64,000 nucleotides of DNA from Eledone cirrhosa (GCA_964016885.1 CAXHJY010000184.1:692770-756769); one strand, 5' to 3'; counted from the first letter of the stretch, positions 25,810 to 39,835 are shown. A program made the numbers and translations. The notes: generated by a model from the letters alone, not told the origin.

Positions 25810-26200
25810 TTGTTTGCTTTACAGCATAGAGCAACAGCCCTCCATGCTCTGGACCCAAAACAAGGCACCAGCAATCGCTGCCCAGTGCCAAAAAAAAAAT
25901 ACAGACACCACTAACGTTAACACTTCCCCAATAACATCAACATCAACCCCACAATCCCCAAAACGCAAACAACCTAAACAAAACCAAGAAGAAATAAACA
26001 CACAGTCACCACACCTACAACAAACAGACATACCTGAAACAACACCACTAAAACCATCACCACCACAGTCACCAAAACGAAAACAAATAAAACCACACCA
26101 ACAAAACATTAAAAACTTTGAGCTTGTCAGAAGGGCCAACGATAAATTGATGGCCCTCTTAGCACAAAGCAAGGACATCCAATCAGAGGGGGATCTTTGA
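25810..26200 (+). pseudogene. Possible remnant of a LINE ORF1 C-terminal region
   Basis: A/C-skewed, T/P/K/Q-rich ORF (PQSPKRKQ twice), compositionally like ORF1 of the Tx1 element at 39053-39835. No diagnostic domain. Confidence 0.3.
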
Positions 26201-28039
26201 ATTGAACACATTTTGCATGCCAGAAGATTTGCTTCTGGTGCAAATGTCGCTCAATTCCTACAAAGAAATTTGAGAGAGCATTGTGGCTAATAAATGAATT
26301 CACAATTATAGTTGTTTTCTCTTTAAGGCCTGATCGCTGGTGATGGTGGATGGTGTCAGTGATGGTAATGGCAGTTGTCGTTGCTGCTGCTGCCGTTGTT
26401 CATTTAACTGATGCTGCAGACAATGCTGTAGTCGCTGGGTTGAAATTTTGAAATTTGGTCGCTTCGCGTGTGTGATATATACACATTCAACACAGACAAT
26501 GGTGTTGCTGTGTTGAAATCTGGTCGCATCAACTGAGATATATATATATATGCAAAAGGGATATTCAATTTGTTGGTAATTCAACAAATATAAATGTATA
26601 TAACTGATCAGAGCACTCGACAGGTTTTCTAGAGTATAATATTCAATGATATTAAATAAATGGAAACTATATTTATAAAACCATATTTATTCTATTATAT
26701 AGAATAGGGTACCAAAACTTTGTATTTTATCTGATGAAAGCGTAACAAAGTTTGTTTTATAAATTTTGACATAACCAAGAAAAATACCTTAACGGTTCAA
26801 GTTTTCCTTGGATAGTTAAGGGATAAGAGAAGAAAAGTCAGATATTTCAATACGTTTTTTCCTCTCCTTTTGATATTCAAACTTTCACATCTTTCGACTA
26901 AAATAATTAATCTCACAAAATAATATATAATTTTCTCCTTATATTTTCTGAGTAAATCATTCATCAAATTTAACGGTTAACAAACAAGATTGGAGTTATC
27001 TTTCCCTTTTCAATCGTGCAAACAAACATAATATATGTACGATAAATTATATAACTTCGCTAAATTAACAATATTCTGAAAACATTTTCAATGTTGGAAC
27101 AAAATATTCAAATCTACAAAAATGCCTCAGAAGACAGACCAGTAGTCAACAGAGAGACAATCCACAAGGTGGGTGACAGGCAGATGAAATATAATGCCTC
27201 AGGACAGAGACTATCGGCCAGTGGTCAACAGAGACAATCCACAAGGTGGGTGACAGGCAGATGAAATATAATGCCTCAGAGGACAGAGACTATCGGCCAG
27301 TGGTGAACAGAGAGACAACCCATAAGGTGGGTGACATGAAATATAGAAAAGATTGAAAGGAGGAGGAGGACAAGGAGAAGTGACTGGAACAAGGAAATAA
27401 AGGTGATGTACAAGACAAGTTTACACACATCACCATCAGCTCTCAAACCAGCAGAATGGTTTCGCACAATTTAATTAACACCATTTTAAAATGTTGGATT
27501 ATGCAACAGAAATATAAATCTTTCTGCTGGTATGGTGTGTGATAAACCATAGTAATAACAATGAGGCAGTGTATTGGCAGTCATTTCAACTGCTAGAAAT
27601 AACCAGATAGCTCTAATTACAGTACCACACTACATGGACCATACACACCCACGCACAGACCCACCCACATACCACACCATACATGCAAGCCCACCAGACA
27701 TGGACAACGCACCACACAACACACTCCACACATACACCCACACACACCCAACGCACCACACAACACATGCACCCAACTACCAGACACACATGCAAACCCA
27801 CATTCAAACAAAGGCACACACCACACAAATATTAAGCTGAATTATATGACCCAGCAGTAATTATATAAACTATATCTAAAATGTAAATGAACTGCTTCAA
27901 CACTTCCTACAAAACACTAAAATTTGTAGACCCAGCCAACCATATTAAAACTAAACTATATAACTACATGGGAGTACATGACCCAGTGGTAAGGTGTTAA
28001 AGTTTTTATCATAATGTGGGTTTAATTCCTGAACTGGGT

Positions 28040-28310
28040 GATACGTGGCCTAGTGGTAAGGGTGTTGGACTTATGATCATAATGTTGTGGGTTTAATTCT
28101 TGGACTTGAAGTGTTTTACTGAAGAACACAACACAATCATTTCACATTGCTCCAGTAAACTCAGATGAAAATGGGTACCAGTGGTATCTGGGGGTTTAAC
28201 CCTGTGATGAACTGGCATCCTGTCCATGTATTGTACTTTCAGTTGCTTAACATCACAGAACCAGGACAAGCACCAGCCTGATGAGCCTCCAAGACATGAG
28301 ACAGACTTTA
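28040..28310 (+). mobile_element. CORE-type SINE, tail type B
   Basis: Head GTGGCCTAGTGGTAAGGGTG, CORE-like TTTCACATTGCTCCAGTAAACTCAG, tail TTAACCCTGTGATGAACTGGCATCCTGTCC...CCTGATGAGCC...AGACTTTA. Confidence 0.7.
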
Positions 28311-29554
28311 GATATTACTACAACTGTCACTTGCAATGGAGTATGACTTGGTAGCATGTATCATGCTTTCACTAAGGGTTTTAAGTGGTCATTCAGTTGT
28401 AAACAGACACATTCTTGGCCAGGAATCTCAAACTTGAAGACTCAAAAGGGCCATTAGGGAGAGGAACAGCTGGTCAAAAGTGAGATGAGGTATGATGTGA
28501 TATCCACCAGTTATAACACTAATCTATAATACAGTTGATATGTTGCTATTTATATATATATTACATCAAAATAAATATACATATGATAGTAAGTGGGGTA
28601 TGGGAATTAGTACAAAATGGAGAGAACAAATTTTTCATTTCAAATTTTCCTTAATTCCATTTTAACTTCTAGTAAATTCCAATGTTTCCAATTTATTGTA
28701 TTTCATGAGTAAATTACAATAAATATCAAAACAGAGACAACAGAATTATTCTGTCACAAAACATAGAAAAGTAATTTACAAGCAGTGTGTTTGAAACCCC
28801 TGGTATCAACCCTTAGAATGTGAAGCCTAAAAGAGAGAGAGAGCTGCACCAGCAACAAACTGATATTTTATCGACTCCGAAAGGATGGAAGGCAAAGTGT
28901 ACCTCAATTCACACTTGAAACTCGAAGCACAGGGAGAGAGCTTCCAAAGGAACAAAAGAAAGAAGAATCAGTTTATGAGATGAGAGTGTATAATTGTTGT
29001 TTTGTTCTTTAAGGAAGTACATGTAGTTCTTTCTTAATTCACTTTCTCTGCCTGTGAGAAGAAAAAAGCCCTTTATGTTGCGAGAGAGCTGCTTGTATTA
29101 AGTTGGTGTCTTATTGAAAAGATTGATTGAATATCATCTTAGGGCCATGAAACTGGAGATAAGAACACAGGCTCCCACGCATGTATAGAGAGAGAGGGGG
29201 GTGAGGTGAGAGGGGTGAGAGAAGAGGGGTGAGAGGGGGTGAGGGAAGAGGGGTGAGAGAAGAGGGGTGATAGTGGGGTGAGGGAAGAGGGTGAGAGGGG
29301 GTGAGGGAAGAGGGGTGGGGGGAGAGGGGGGTGAGGGGAGAGGGGGTGAGGGAAGAGGGGTGAGAGGAGGTGAGAATACAAGAGAGAGAGGAGGAGGTGA
29401 GGAAATGCAAGAGAGATAGAGAGACTATGAATGAATGAGAAGAAAACACACAAAGGGAGAAAAGGAAAGATTGAGAAAAGAATGAAACAAAGAAAAAAAG
29501 TGAAGGAGTGGTACATAGATATAAAAGAGAGGTGGGGGAGACCTCGCCCACATT

Positions 29555-29825
29555 CAAATTTGAAGCATCCCGTTCCGCAGTGGCAAACCCCTCGTCTGGG
29601 ATGCCACTTGCACCGACACTTTCTGCAGTCTGCGACTAACCCAGGTTCTGCTGCACGTCAGGCTAAGGAGGCCAAACTCTCCAAGTACCAGTCGCTCTCC
29701 GACAGGTTTGCGGTTGTACCCTTGGCAGTGGAGACTTCTGGTGTCCTTGGCCCTATTCACCATCATAGGTGCTGAGCTGGCCACGCGAGTTGGAGTGGGT
29801 GTCTTCCTTGCCGTCTGCCGGGACT
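29555..29825 (+). mobile_element. CRE-clade non-LTR retrotransposon fragment (restriction-like endonuclease region)
   Basis: Two frames give IPFRSGKPLVWDATCTDTF then SATNPGSAARQAKEAKLSKYQSLSDRFAVVPLAVETSGVLGP, the W-D-x-T...K..KY...P.AVET.G pattern of CRE-like elements. Confidence 0.75.
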
Positions 29826-30941
29826 GTGGGGGTGGGGTGGGGGTGGGGGTGGGGGGGGGCATCAATATGATTGACTGACTTATTTTATCAGTCAGATGAT
29901 CCATGCTTTTCCATTAACTTTGGTTCATGATATGAAATAGCAGTAGAGTGACAAGTCTCAAGAAATATGAAAACTAAAACAGTAATTTAATGACATGTAG
30001 CATACCTAGACATTTTAAAAATAAAAATTGATTTTTTTTTTTCTAAGCACAGAGCCCCCGCCCCCTTAGATTCTGGAATTTGCCATTTGTCTAGGAAAAA
30101 ATAACACTACTGTGTTATTTTTTCCTAGACAGTAATCTTGCGAACAAATATCGTCCGCACCCTGCATATATATAATGAAGAAAAAAATAAAGTTAACAAT
30201 TTAAATCCACTCTCTAATTTCTGTGCATGTTTCTGTACAGTTGACAATGGTACATGCATATGTAAATAAGTATGTGTGTGTGTGTGTGTGTGTGTGTATG
30301 TATATATATATATATATATACATACATACATACATACATACACATTTATGTATTTGTCCTGCAAGACATGTGAAACCATATGTTGAAACCAATAGTTATA
30401 TTTGGGGAGGGGAGTTATGTTGCCAATATTGCCAATAGAAAACAAGACGAAATGGAGTAAGAGATTAAGACCAGAAAGAAAAAGAGGCACAAAAGAGAAC
30501 AAATAGTCATTGAGGAGGTCACGATGTGTGACAAAAGAAATTCGCCAAACTAACCAAATTAATTGTTTCTACTTTTGGCACAAGGCCAGCAATTACCCCA
30601 GCACATTACTGGTACTTTGTTATCTATCCCCGTAAGGATGAAAGGCAAAGTTAACCTTGGTGGGATTTGAACTCGGACCATAAAGGGCCATAACTACGCT
30701 ACAAAACATGGTGTCCAATGCTCTACTGATTCTGCCAATCAATCAAATAACTAATAATAAAGATAGCACGAGTCATAAGTAACAGGGCAGTCCAACATTC
30801 ATATTCCAAATGATATTTACTAAAATTCTGGCCATCAGTATAACAAATACATCTAAACAAAAATAGTTAAAAAAAGTGTTTGAAAAGCTGACCCTGTTCC
30901 TCAATACATTATGTCTCACCAAGTGTATGTGTCATAATGAC

Positions 30942-30942
30942 T

Positions 30943-31036
<94 letters not shown>

Positions 31037-31049
31037 AAGAGAAAGAGAA

Positions 31050-31145
<96 letters not shown>

Positions 31146-31146
31146 T
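30942..31146. repeat. (GA)n microsatellite
   Basis: Direct reading; a similar GA-rich tract lies at 34615-34980. Confidence 0.95.
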
Positions 31147-32085
31147 GTGTGTGTGTGGTGATATATATATATATCACCATTTAATGTCCATTTTTTCAAG
31201 CTAGCCTGGCTTAGATGAGTTGTCCCCTTCTGAGGCAAATCAGATCAGGTGACCATGCCTTACAGAACTGTTTCTAACAGGATTTAAAATCAAAACATAA
31301 TGAGAGGTAACTATATGCTACAAAGCACGTTGTCCGATGCTCTACCAATTCTGCGATAACACACACACGTCTTATTAGTCAAAGAAAGAGAAAAAGGATA
31401 AATTTTATTTCATCTCCCTCCCAAGATGTTATCTACAGAATTGGTATTTTTTCTTCAGCATTTATATAAGAATGAAAGGCAAAGTTGACAAAGCCCCCCC
31501 CCCCCCACACACACACAATAACACTATGCCATAAACCACGTCAGACACTACCAATTCACTCCCGGTGGATTGGCAGTATCGGTAGAGGGTCGGACGCAAT
31601 GCTTTGCAGCAAAGAGTTACGGCCCTTTATGGTGCGAGTTCAAATCCCGCCAAGGTTAACTTTGCCTTTCATCCTTACAGGGTCGATAAAATAAAGTACC
31701 AGTAATGTACTGGGTAATTGCTGGCCTTGTGCCAAAAGTAGAAACAATTATTTTAAAATAATGGTTTCTGATTTAGGCACAAGGCTAGCAATTTGGGGTG
31801 GGGGCAAAGTCTAGTAAATCGACCTCAGTGCATTACTGGTACTTTATTTTATTGACCCCTGTAACTCAATGTCACAAAGCATGGCGTCCGACGCTCTACC
31901 AATTCTGCCAATACACAACCCTATTATACCAATAATAATTGTTTCTACTTTTGGCACAAGGCCAGCAATTATCCCAGTGTATTACTGGTACTTTATTTTA
32001 TCGACCCCGTAAGGATGAAAGGCAAAGTTAACCTCGGCAGGATTTGAACTCAGAATGGCAAGGGCCGTAACTATGCGTCAAAGTA

Positions 32086-32505
32086 TGGCGTCCGACCCTC
32101 TACCGATACTGCCAATCCACCACCCTAACATGGTGTCCGACCCTCTACCGATACTGCCAATCCACCACCCTAACATGGTGTCCGACCCTCTACCGATACT
32201 GCCAATCCACCACCCTAACATGGTGTCCGACCCTCTACCGATACTGCCAATCCACCACCCTAGCATGGTGTCCGACCCTCTACCGATACTGCCAATCCAC
32301 CACCCTAACATGGTGTCCGACCCTCTACTGATACTGCCAATCCACCACCCTAACATGGTGTCCGACCCTCTACCGATACTGCCGACCCTCTACCGATACT
32401 GCCAATCCACCACCCTAATATGGTGTCCGACCCTCTACCGATACTGCCAATCCACCACCCGAACATGGTGTCCGACCCTCTACCGATACTGCCAATCCAC
32501 CGCCC
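32086..32505 (-). repeat. 45-bp tandem repeat (~9 copies) of the SINE 5' head
   Basis: Unit TGGTGTCCGACCCTCTACCGATACTGCCAATCCACCACCCTAACA is the reverse complement of the SINE start GGTGGATTGGCAGTATCGGTAGAGGGTCGGAC seen at ~31564 and ~52120. Confidence 0.9.
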
Positions 32506-34903
32506 TATTATACAAATAATAATAATTGTTTCTACTTTTGGCACAAGGCCTGTAAAAAAAACCTCAGTGTATTACTGGTGCTTTATTTTATCATCGACCC
32601 CGTAAGGATGAAAGGCAAAGTTAACCTTGGTGGGTTTTAAACTCAGACCATAAATGGTCATAACTAAGTTGCAAAGCATGGCGTCCGACCCTCTACTGAT
32701 ACTGCCAAATAATAATACGACTACTAAATTACTGTCAGACATTACAGACACTAACAATACCACCAATACTACCAATCCACTGCACCTTTATAATAAATAA
32801 TAATAATAATACAACTAAATGAGATTAAAACAAAATTAGTCACTCAGCTATCGTCTTTTCCCCACTGCATAATTATTTTGAATTAGATTTTACAAGTTCA
32901 TTGGATTAGATATGTTAATACTAACTTAGCTGTTGTTTTTGCATGCAGATGAGTAATTAATAGTATTGATTTTTGTTTTGTTTTGTTTTTAAATAGTCAT
33001 ATTAGTTTAAGGCAGTGAATTGACAGAGTTGTTAGAACATTGGATAGACTGTTTTGTGGTATTTAGTAACGACTTACTATGTTCTGAGTTCAAATCATGC
33101 TGAGCTCAACTATATATGTTGCTCTCAGAGTTCAAATCCAACCAACTTTGACTTTTATCCTTCCAAGGTTGATAAAAACAATTAACCAGTCTAATACTGG
33201 GGTCGATTCTTCTATATCTCTTTCTCACTTCCTTTCTCTCACTCTCCTTCTCTGGAAGAAATTGGCTGTGTTCAGACCTTGAGAAGGGACAGGCTCAGCC
33301 AGGTTTTTAAAAAAATGCCTAAGAAACATTGTGAGTCATTAGGGCACCCCCTATGACTCCACTAGAAGTTATGGATCCATATAAATAATTGTTTCTACTT
33401 TTGGCACAAGGCAAGCAATTACCCAGTACATTACTGGTACTTTATTTTATCGACCCTGTAAGGATGAAAGGCAAAGTTAACCTTTATAATATTAGTTTAA
33501 CATTACTGTTGTTGAGCCTGAGACCCTCCCAGGTCCAGCAAGTCTTTACATATATCCAAAGAAAGGATGTATGTTCCTGTAACTCCTGAAGGAGTCGTAG
33601 AGGTGCCATATTGACACACAGCATTTCTAAGGCATTTATACCTGCTGGAGCCCATCTCCTCTCCAGGTTTTGCTCATATATGTGTATGTGTGTGTATATA
33701 TATATATATACATGCATACATATATCATATATTGGCATCAGTTGGATGGGATGTTTTGGGACAATGTTTTACGGTCCTTATTGGCCCTTACTGATGCCAA
33801 CAGTTTTGGGTCAATGTTTTACAGTCCTTCCTGGTGCCAACAGTGTTGGGACAATGTTTTACAGTTCTTATTGGCCCTTCCTGGTGCCAACATCTTTAGT
33901 CACTTCTTATGACATGCAGAGATACAGTGTTCCTTTTCTAAACCAGGTACAGGCGACATTAAAAATATATTTAAAGAATGTAATAACAAACCTAGATATT
34001 TTTTTAAAATTGTATTTTCGCTATAAATGTGTGTAGTGTGTGTGGTGGGTGGCGTGTGGGGTTTAAAATTCAAAATAGGGAGTGTACAGGACAAAGACAA
34101 TGGAAAAACAACAGAAAGATGGACAGTCTCATCTCCTCAGTCAACTTCTGGAAATTACAACAGTTTCGGTTATTTAAAGTCAATACCATTCATACCAATG
34201 CACATTGGGACATAAAACAGGTAGTGCCCCCAACTTTCTATTTTGAAATTATATTCTAAAAGACTTAGTCATGCAGGCTTTTCAATATAATCAATAATCA
34301 ACCCCAGTATTTGTCTGGTACTTTATTGACCTCAGAAGGAAGGCAGGCAAGTTGACTTTGGCATGATTTGAACTCAGAGCTCAAGGAACTGTAAGAAATA
34401 CTGCCACTGTCAATATATCACCCGTAATGTATAAAATATTGATTCCTACTTGAGGTGCAAGACCAGTAATTTGGGGGAAGTTTATATCTACCCCAGTACT
34501 TGACCTCAGAGGAATTTAAAACAAGAATGTAGAAGGATGTAACAATATGCTGAGAGAAAGAGACGTGTCATACAAATCTTGAAAACTTAATAGGTTAAAC
34601 GAAGGACAGAAAGAGTAAGTGAGTGAGAGGGAGAGAGAGAATGACAGAGAGAGGGAGAGGGAGTGAGTGAGTGAGAGAGAGAGATTGAGAGAGAGTGAGA
34701 GAGAATGGCAGAGTGACAGAGAGAGAGGCGAGGAGAGAGAATGGCAGAGTGACAGAGAGAGAGGCGAGGAGAGAGGGGGAGAGGGAGAGAGAGGGAAAAA
34801 GGGAAAGAGAGGAAGGGAAAGGGAAAGAGAGGAAGGGAAAGAGAGAGAGGGGGAGGGGGAGAAAGAGAGAGAGTGAAAGAGAGAGAGAGAGAGAGAGAGT
34901 GAA

Positions 34904-34938
<35 letters not shown>

Positions 34939-36122
34939 AAGAGGAGGGAGAGAGAGGGTGAAAGAGAGAGAAAGAGGGGTAAAGTGAAGAAAAGATATGA
35001 ATTAAGGAGTGTTATGTCAGTAGAAAAACAAATATACTTGAACTAAATAAGAAAACATTAGAAATAGAAACTACTTAGATAGGATTCATCATCACCGTTG
35101 TCATCATTATCACCACCACCATCATCAACACTGACATTACCACCACCACCGCCGCCATTCCATGCTTACATGGGTTGGACAGGTTCTTCTCAGCACAGCA
35201 TCTCTCTTCTTGTCACATTCCTTCGTCATCTCTGCCAGCCTTAGCAATTTGAGGTCAGCTCTCAACCTCTGCCCAGCTCTTTCTTGGTCTATTTCTACTG
35301 CGGTTTCCTTCCACTGGGATTTCCTGGCACTTCTTCACCCATCGATCATTGTCCAGGTGCATCACATGAGTCCATACCAACGGTCTCCTGCACCACACCA
35401 TCTTGGATTCCCCTTAAAGACAGCTTCTCCTTCAACTCATCCAAACCCTGCCTTTCTCTCATACATTGTTTGCGAGCCACAGTCATATATACAGTGTGGA
35501 GCTGGATGGCACCGCTATGAGTGGGACAGGCCAGTTGGCTGCACCGAACCCATCTCACAGCAGAACCCTAGTTTTGAAGCTGCGACCAATGCTACTATAT
35601 CTACTTGAATCTCCTACTCTGATTTAGCTTAAAATAACTTAACAGAAAACAAAAATGAATTCATTCTCACATCTGTTGGAGCTTCAGTATTAATTCTTCT
35701 TAACAGAAATATAACAATTAGTAAAGTATATAAGGTCGGAGTAAGAGCAGTTGTGGTAACGACAATACCTTATGTCCTCGGTATAAAAAAATCAAGGGTG
35801 ACAGCTGGTCTTCCACAAAAACATGTATGTTGACCCCAGTATTTTATTGAAATCCCAGTGGAGAGGACAGCCAAGAAAGGCCTGGGGAAAGGAGATGACG
35901 AAGGAACACGACTAGTGAAGACATGCTGTGCTCAGTAGGATCTGTCCAACCCATGCAAGCATGGGAAAACGGACATAAAAACGATGATTCCCCTGGAATG
36001 GTGAAAAGTAGAGCCGACCTTGGCATGATTTAAACACTGAACATAAGAGACAGTAATTAAATGCCATGAGAGATTTTGCCCGACGCTAATGATTCCACCA
36101 ATCCTCAATCCTTAACCCTTTA

Positions 36123-37903
36123 CCATTTACATTACTCTATATATACTACTGTATTTTCACAGTAAAGGCTTTACCTCACATAATATCTCATAACATTTAC
36201 ATTACTCTATATATACTACTGTATTTTCACAGTAAAGGCTTTACCTCACATAATATCTCACATAACATTTACATTACTCTATATATACTACTGTATTTTC
36301 ACAGTAAAGGCTTTACCTCACATAATATCTCACAACATTTACATTACTCTATATATACTATTATATTTTCACAGTAAAGGCTTTACCTCACATAATATCT
36401 CAACATTTACATTACTCTATATATACTATTGTATTTTCACAGTAAAGGCTTTACCTCACATAATATCTCACAACATTTACATTACTCTATATATACTATT
36501 ATATTTTCACAGTAAAGGCTTTACCTCACATAATATCTCACAACATTTACATTACTCTATATATACTATTATATTTTCACAGTAAAGGCTTTACCTCACA
36601 TAATATCTCACAACATTTACATTACTCTATATATACTATTATATTTTCACAGTAAAGTCTTTACCTCACATAATATCTCAACATTTACATTACTCTATAT
36701 ATACTATTATATTTTCACAGTAAAGTCTTTACCTCACATAATATCTCACAACATTTACATTACTCTATATATACTATTATATTTTCACAGTAAAGGCTTT
36801 ACCTCACATAATATCTCACAACATTTACATTACTCTATATATACTATTATATTTTCACAGTAAAGTCTTTACCTCACATAATATCTCAACATTTACATTA
36901 CTCTATATATACTATTATATTTTCACAGTAAAGGCTTTACCTCACATAATATCTCACAACATTTACATTACTCTATATATACTATTATATTTTCACAGTA
37001 AAGTCTTTACCTCACATAATATCTCAACATTTACATTACTCTATATATACTATTGTATTTTCACAGTAAAGGTTTTACCTCACATAATATCTCACATAAC
37101 ATTTACATTACTCTATATATACTATTGTATTTTCACAGTAGAGGCTTTACCTCACATAATATCTCACATAACATTTACATTACTCTATATATACTATTAT
37201 ATTTTCACAGTAAAGGCTTTACCTCACAACATTTACATTACTCTATATATACTATTATATTTTCACAGTAAAGGCTTTACCTCACATAATATCTCACAAC
37301 ATTTACATTACTCTATATATACTATTGTATTTTCACAGTCAAGGCTTTACCTCACATATCTCACATAACATTTACATTACTCTATATATACTATTATATT
37401 TTCACAGTAAAGGCTTTACCTCACATAATATCTCGCATAACATTTACATTACTCTATATATACTCTTGTATTTTCACAGTAAAGGCTTTACCTCACATAA
37501 CATTTACATTACTCTATATATACTATTGTATTTTCACAGTAAAGGCTTTACCTCACATAATATCTCATACCATTTACATTACTTTATATATACTATTATA
37601 TTTTCACAGTAAAGGCTTTACCTCACATATCTCACATAACATTTACATTACTCTATATATACTATTGTATTTTCACATTAAAGGCTTTACCTCACATAAT
37701 ATCTCACAACATTTACATTACTCTATATATACTATTGTATTTTCACAGTAAAGGCTTTACCTCACAACATTTACAGTACTCTATATATACTATTGGATTT
37801 TCACAGTAAAGGCTTTACCTCACATAATATCTCACAACATTTACATTACTCTATATATACTATTGTATTTTCACAGTAAAGGTTTTACCTCACATAACAT
37901 CTC
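36123..37903. repeat. ~70-bp tandem array (~26 copies) inside the MITE
   Basis: Unit ACATTTACATTACTCTATATATACTATTATATTTTCACAGTAAAGGCTTTACCTCACATAATATCTCACA. It resumes at 43499-43562 after the LINE. Confidence 0.95.
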
Positions 37904-38109
37904 GTATACGAGAGACGTGTTGACGTGTGTGAACAAGCTCGGCTACCGAGTTGGATTTACTTACTCAAAAGTGAGTTTTGATTTATTGTTTTTGTACTGT
38001 AATATACGTTAACCCCTTGCCTGGGTCGTCTGACTTTGAGTTTATTTATTCTCGCCCCTTTTTGGGGCGAATTTTACATTTAAAAATTGATTACGACAAA
38101 CTAATAGAA

Positions 38110-39835
38110 ATGGACGGAATTTTCACATCTCATCCTAACGAGAAAGCCACGCCCCCTAAGAAAGGTGATACAGAGAAGCTAGAAGCACAATGCTCTAAGT
38201 CTTCCCTCCTCACTTCTGCAAAAGAAACATGGAACACGGAATTAAAAGAAAAATTTGTAAAAATGGGTGAAAACCCAGAAAGTCACAAACGCAGACAAAA
38301 ACAACAATGACAATAACAGCACGACCAACAACAGCAATAGTCACAACACCAACCAAGAAAAAAAGGGAAAAAAATAACGATAACACCAAACAAAGCGAAC
38401 CCACTACTGTTGCCTCCTTTGCACAGGCGGTCCGAAAAACACAGACCTGCAAGCAACTGGACATTAAAACTCTGAGAGAAAAGATGAAGGAAGCAAAACA
38501 GTATGTAACTTTCAAAGAAGGAGGAGTCTTTACAATCACCTCCCCACAAGAAATCAAAAGAGACACGACACTAAGAACGATATCTTTCAGAACAATTTCC
38601 AACATAACAAGGAAACCAGCTCAATTATCCCAAAAAGAAATTGAGCTGGTCCTAAAAAATGTGTGGAGTGATATATCGTTCATACAAAAAGGGCCACTCT
38701 ATGGGAATATAATGGTGCTAATGAAGGATCAATTGACGGCCAGGAAATACTCTGTGGCGCCAATTGTTTCCAAGCTACACACATTTTTCCCCACATATTT
38801 AGGGAAAAGAACGCAAAAAATAAGAGTCTCCGGAATCCGGTCAAATGCATGCATTTCCTGGGTACTAACAGGATTTTTAGAAGACGAGGATGGAATCCTC
38901 TCAGTAGGAGAAGTCACCACAGACGTTTTCGGCGGTTTGAGCGTAGAGGTTCTGGTCCAAATGAGACCAGAACGAATAGCTAGAATACCACAGAGGGTGT
39001 CCCTCGATGGAGAAACATTTATATACATTTCAGCCGAGGGTAGGAGGCCCATATGTTACTACTGTTCAAGCAGGGGTCATCTAAGGGCTGCCTGTCCTCA
39101 ATTGACAAAAAGGCTCTTTTGCCTACACCCCACACACCACCACCGCCACCACCACCACTACAACAAAAACAACACAGAAAAATAACACAAGACACGGTCC
39201 CACCCAAAACAACTCCCAAAACACACACAAACACAACAAAACCCCAAAATACACCACTACCCGACAGCACGGACGAGGACCCAGCTGAAACGGCACCTAG
39301 TGACGAAGAGAGAGAACCCTTCCAACCTGTAAAAAGAAAAAAAAGAAAACACCACACGAACATAAACGAAACAAACACACAACCAACAAAAACAAAACAA
39401 ACAGAACAAACAAAATCCACCCCACCCCAAAACATAACACATACAACAAAACGCAAGCACACACAAGAACAAACAAACACAACACAAATAAAACAGTATA
39501 CATACATTAACACAAATAACAAAGAACTAGTAAAAACAATACACAAAGACCCTTCGGTGGAAACTGAAGGGCAATTCTTTGCAAGCGCGGCCAACAAACC
39601 GCATTTAAAAATGATAAGACTCCCAATGGACACCTATGCAAAACTAAGAGAGAACTTTCCTGAGGACATGGGGAAAACATGTACTCGACCCTATAACCGC
39701 GTCCTCTTCAAACGTTTCCCCACCCACACCTCACCAAACACCCCCACCCCACCACAGAACAACACCCCACCAAACAACCCCTCCAATACGCCCATGGATA
39801 TTGTGCAACCTGCTCCTCAGGAGCCGAACAGGTAG
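38110..39835 (+). pseudogene. Tx1-like ORF1 (gag-like, zinc knuckle), two apparent frameshifts
   Basis: ATG at 38110 (MDGIFTSHP...) joins the frames of ORFs 38307-39185 (CYYCSSRGHLRAAC = CX2CX4HX4C) and 39053-39835 (P/T/K-rich tail). The frame joins are inferred. Confidence 0.8.

Larger units (their letters stand above)
30560..33485. mobile_element. Dense cluster of about 7 tRNA-derived SINEs of one family (Nin-domain-like core) in both orientations
   Basis: Repeated GAGTTCAAATCC...TTTGCCTTTCATCCTTACGGGGTCGATAAAATAAAGTACCAG...GGCCTTGTGCCAAAAGTAGAAACAATT. Other copies at ~4255-4410, 13710-13830, 23260-23380, 23715-23850, 25690-25790, 47390-47575, 50585-50780 and 51665-52305. Confidence 0.85.

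Noticed and set aside
28278-28310. CTGATGAG as a hammerhead core (also at ~2835 and ~3194)
   Set aside because: No properly placed GAAA and stem III follow; it is part of SINE tail B.
30909-31238. ER- and SL-repeat ORFs (also 34667-34961 and the K/F-rich ORFs at 53699-54118)
   Set aside because: (GA)n and (GAAAAA)n simple repeats.
32055-32519. 154-aa ORF of MVSDPLPILPIHHPN repeats
   Set aside because: Antisense translation of the 45-bp SINE-head array.
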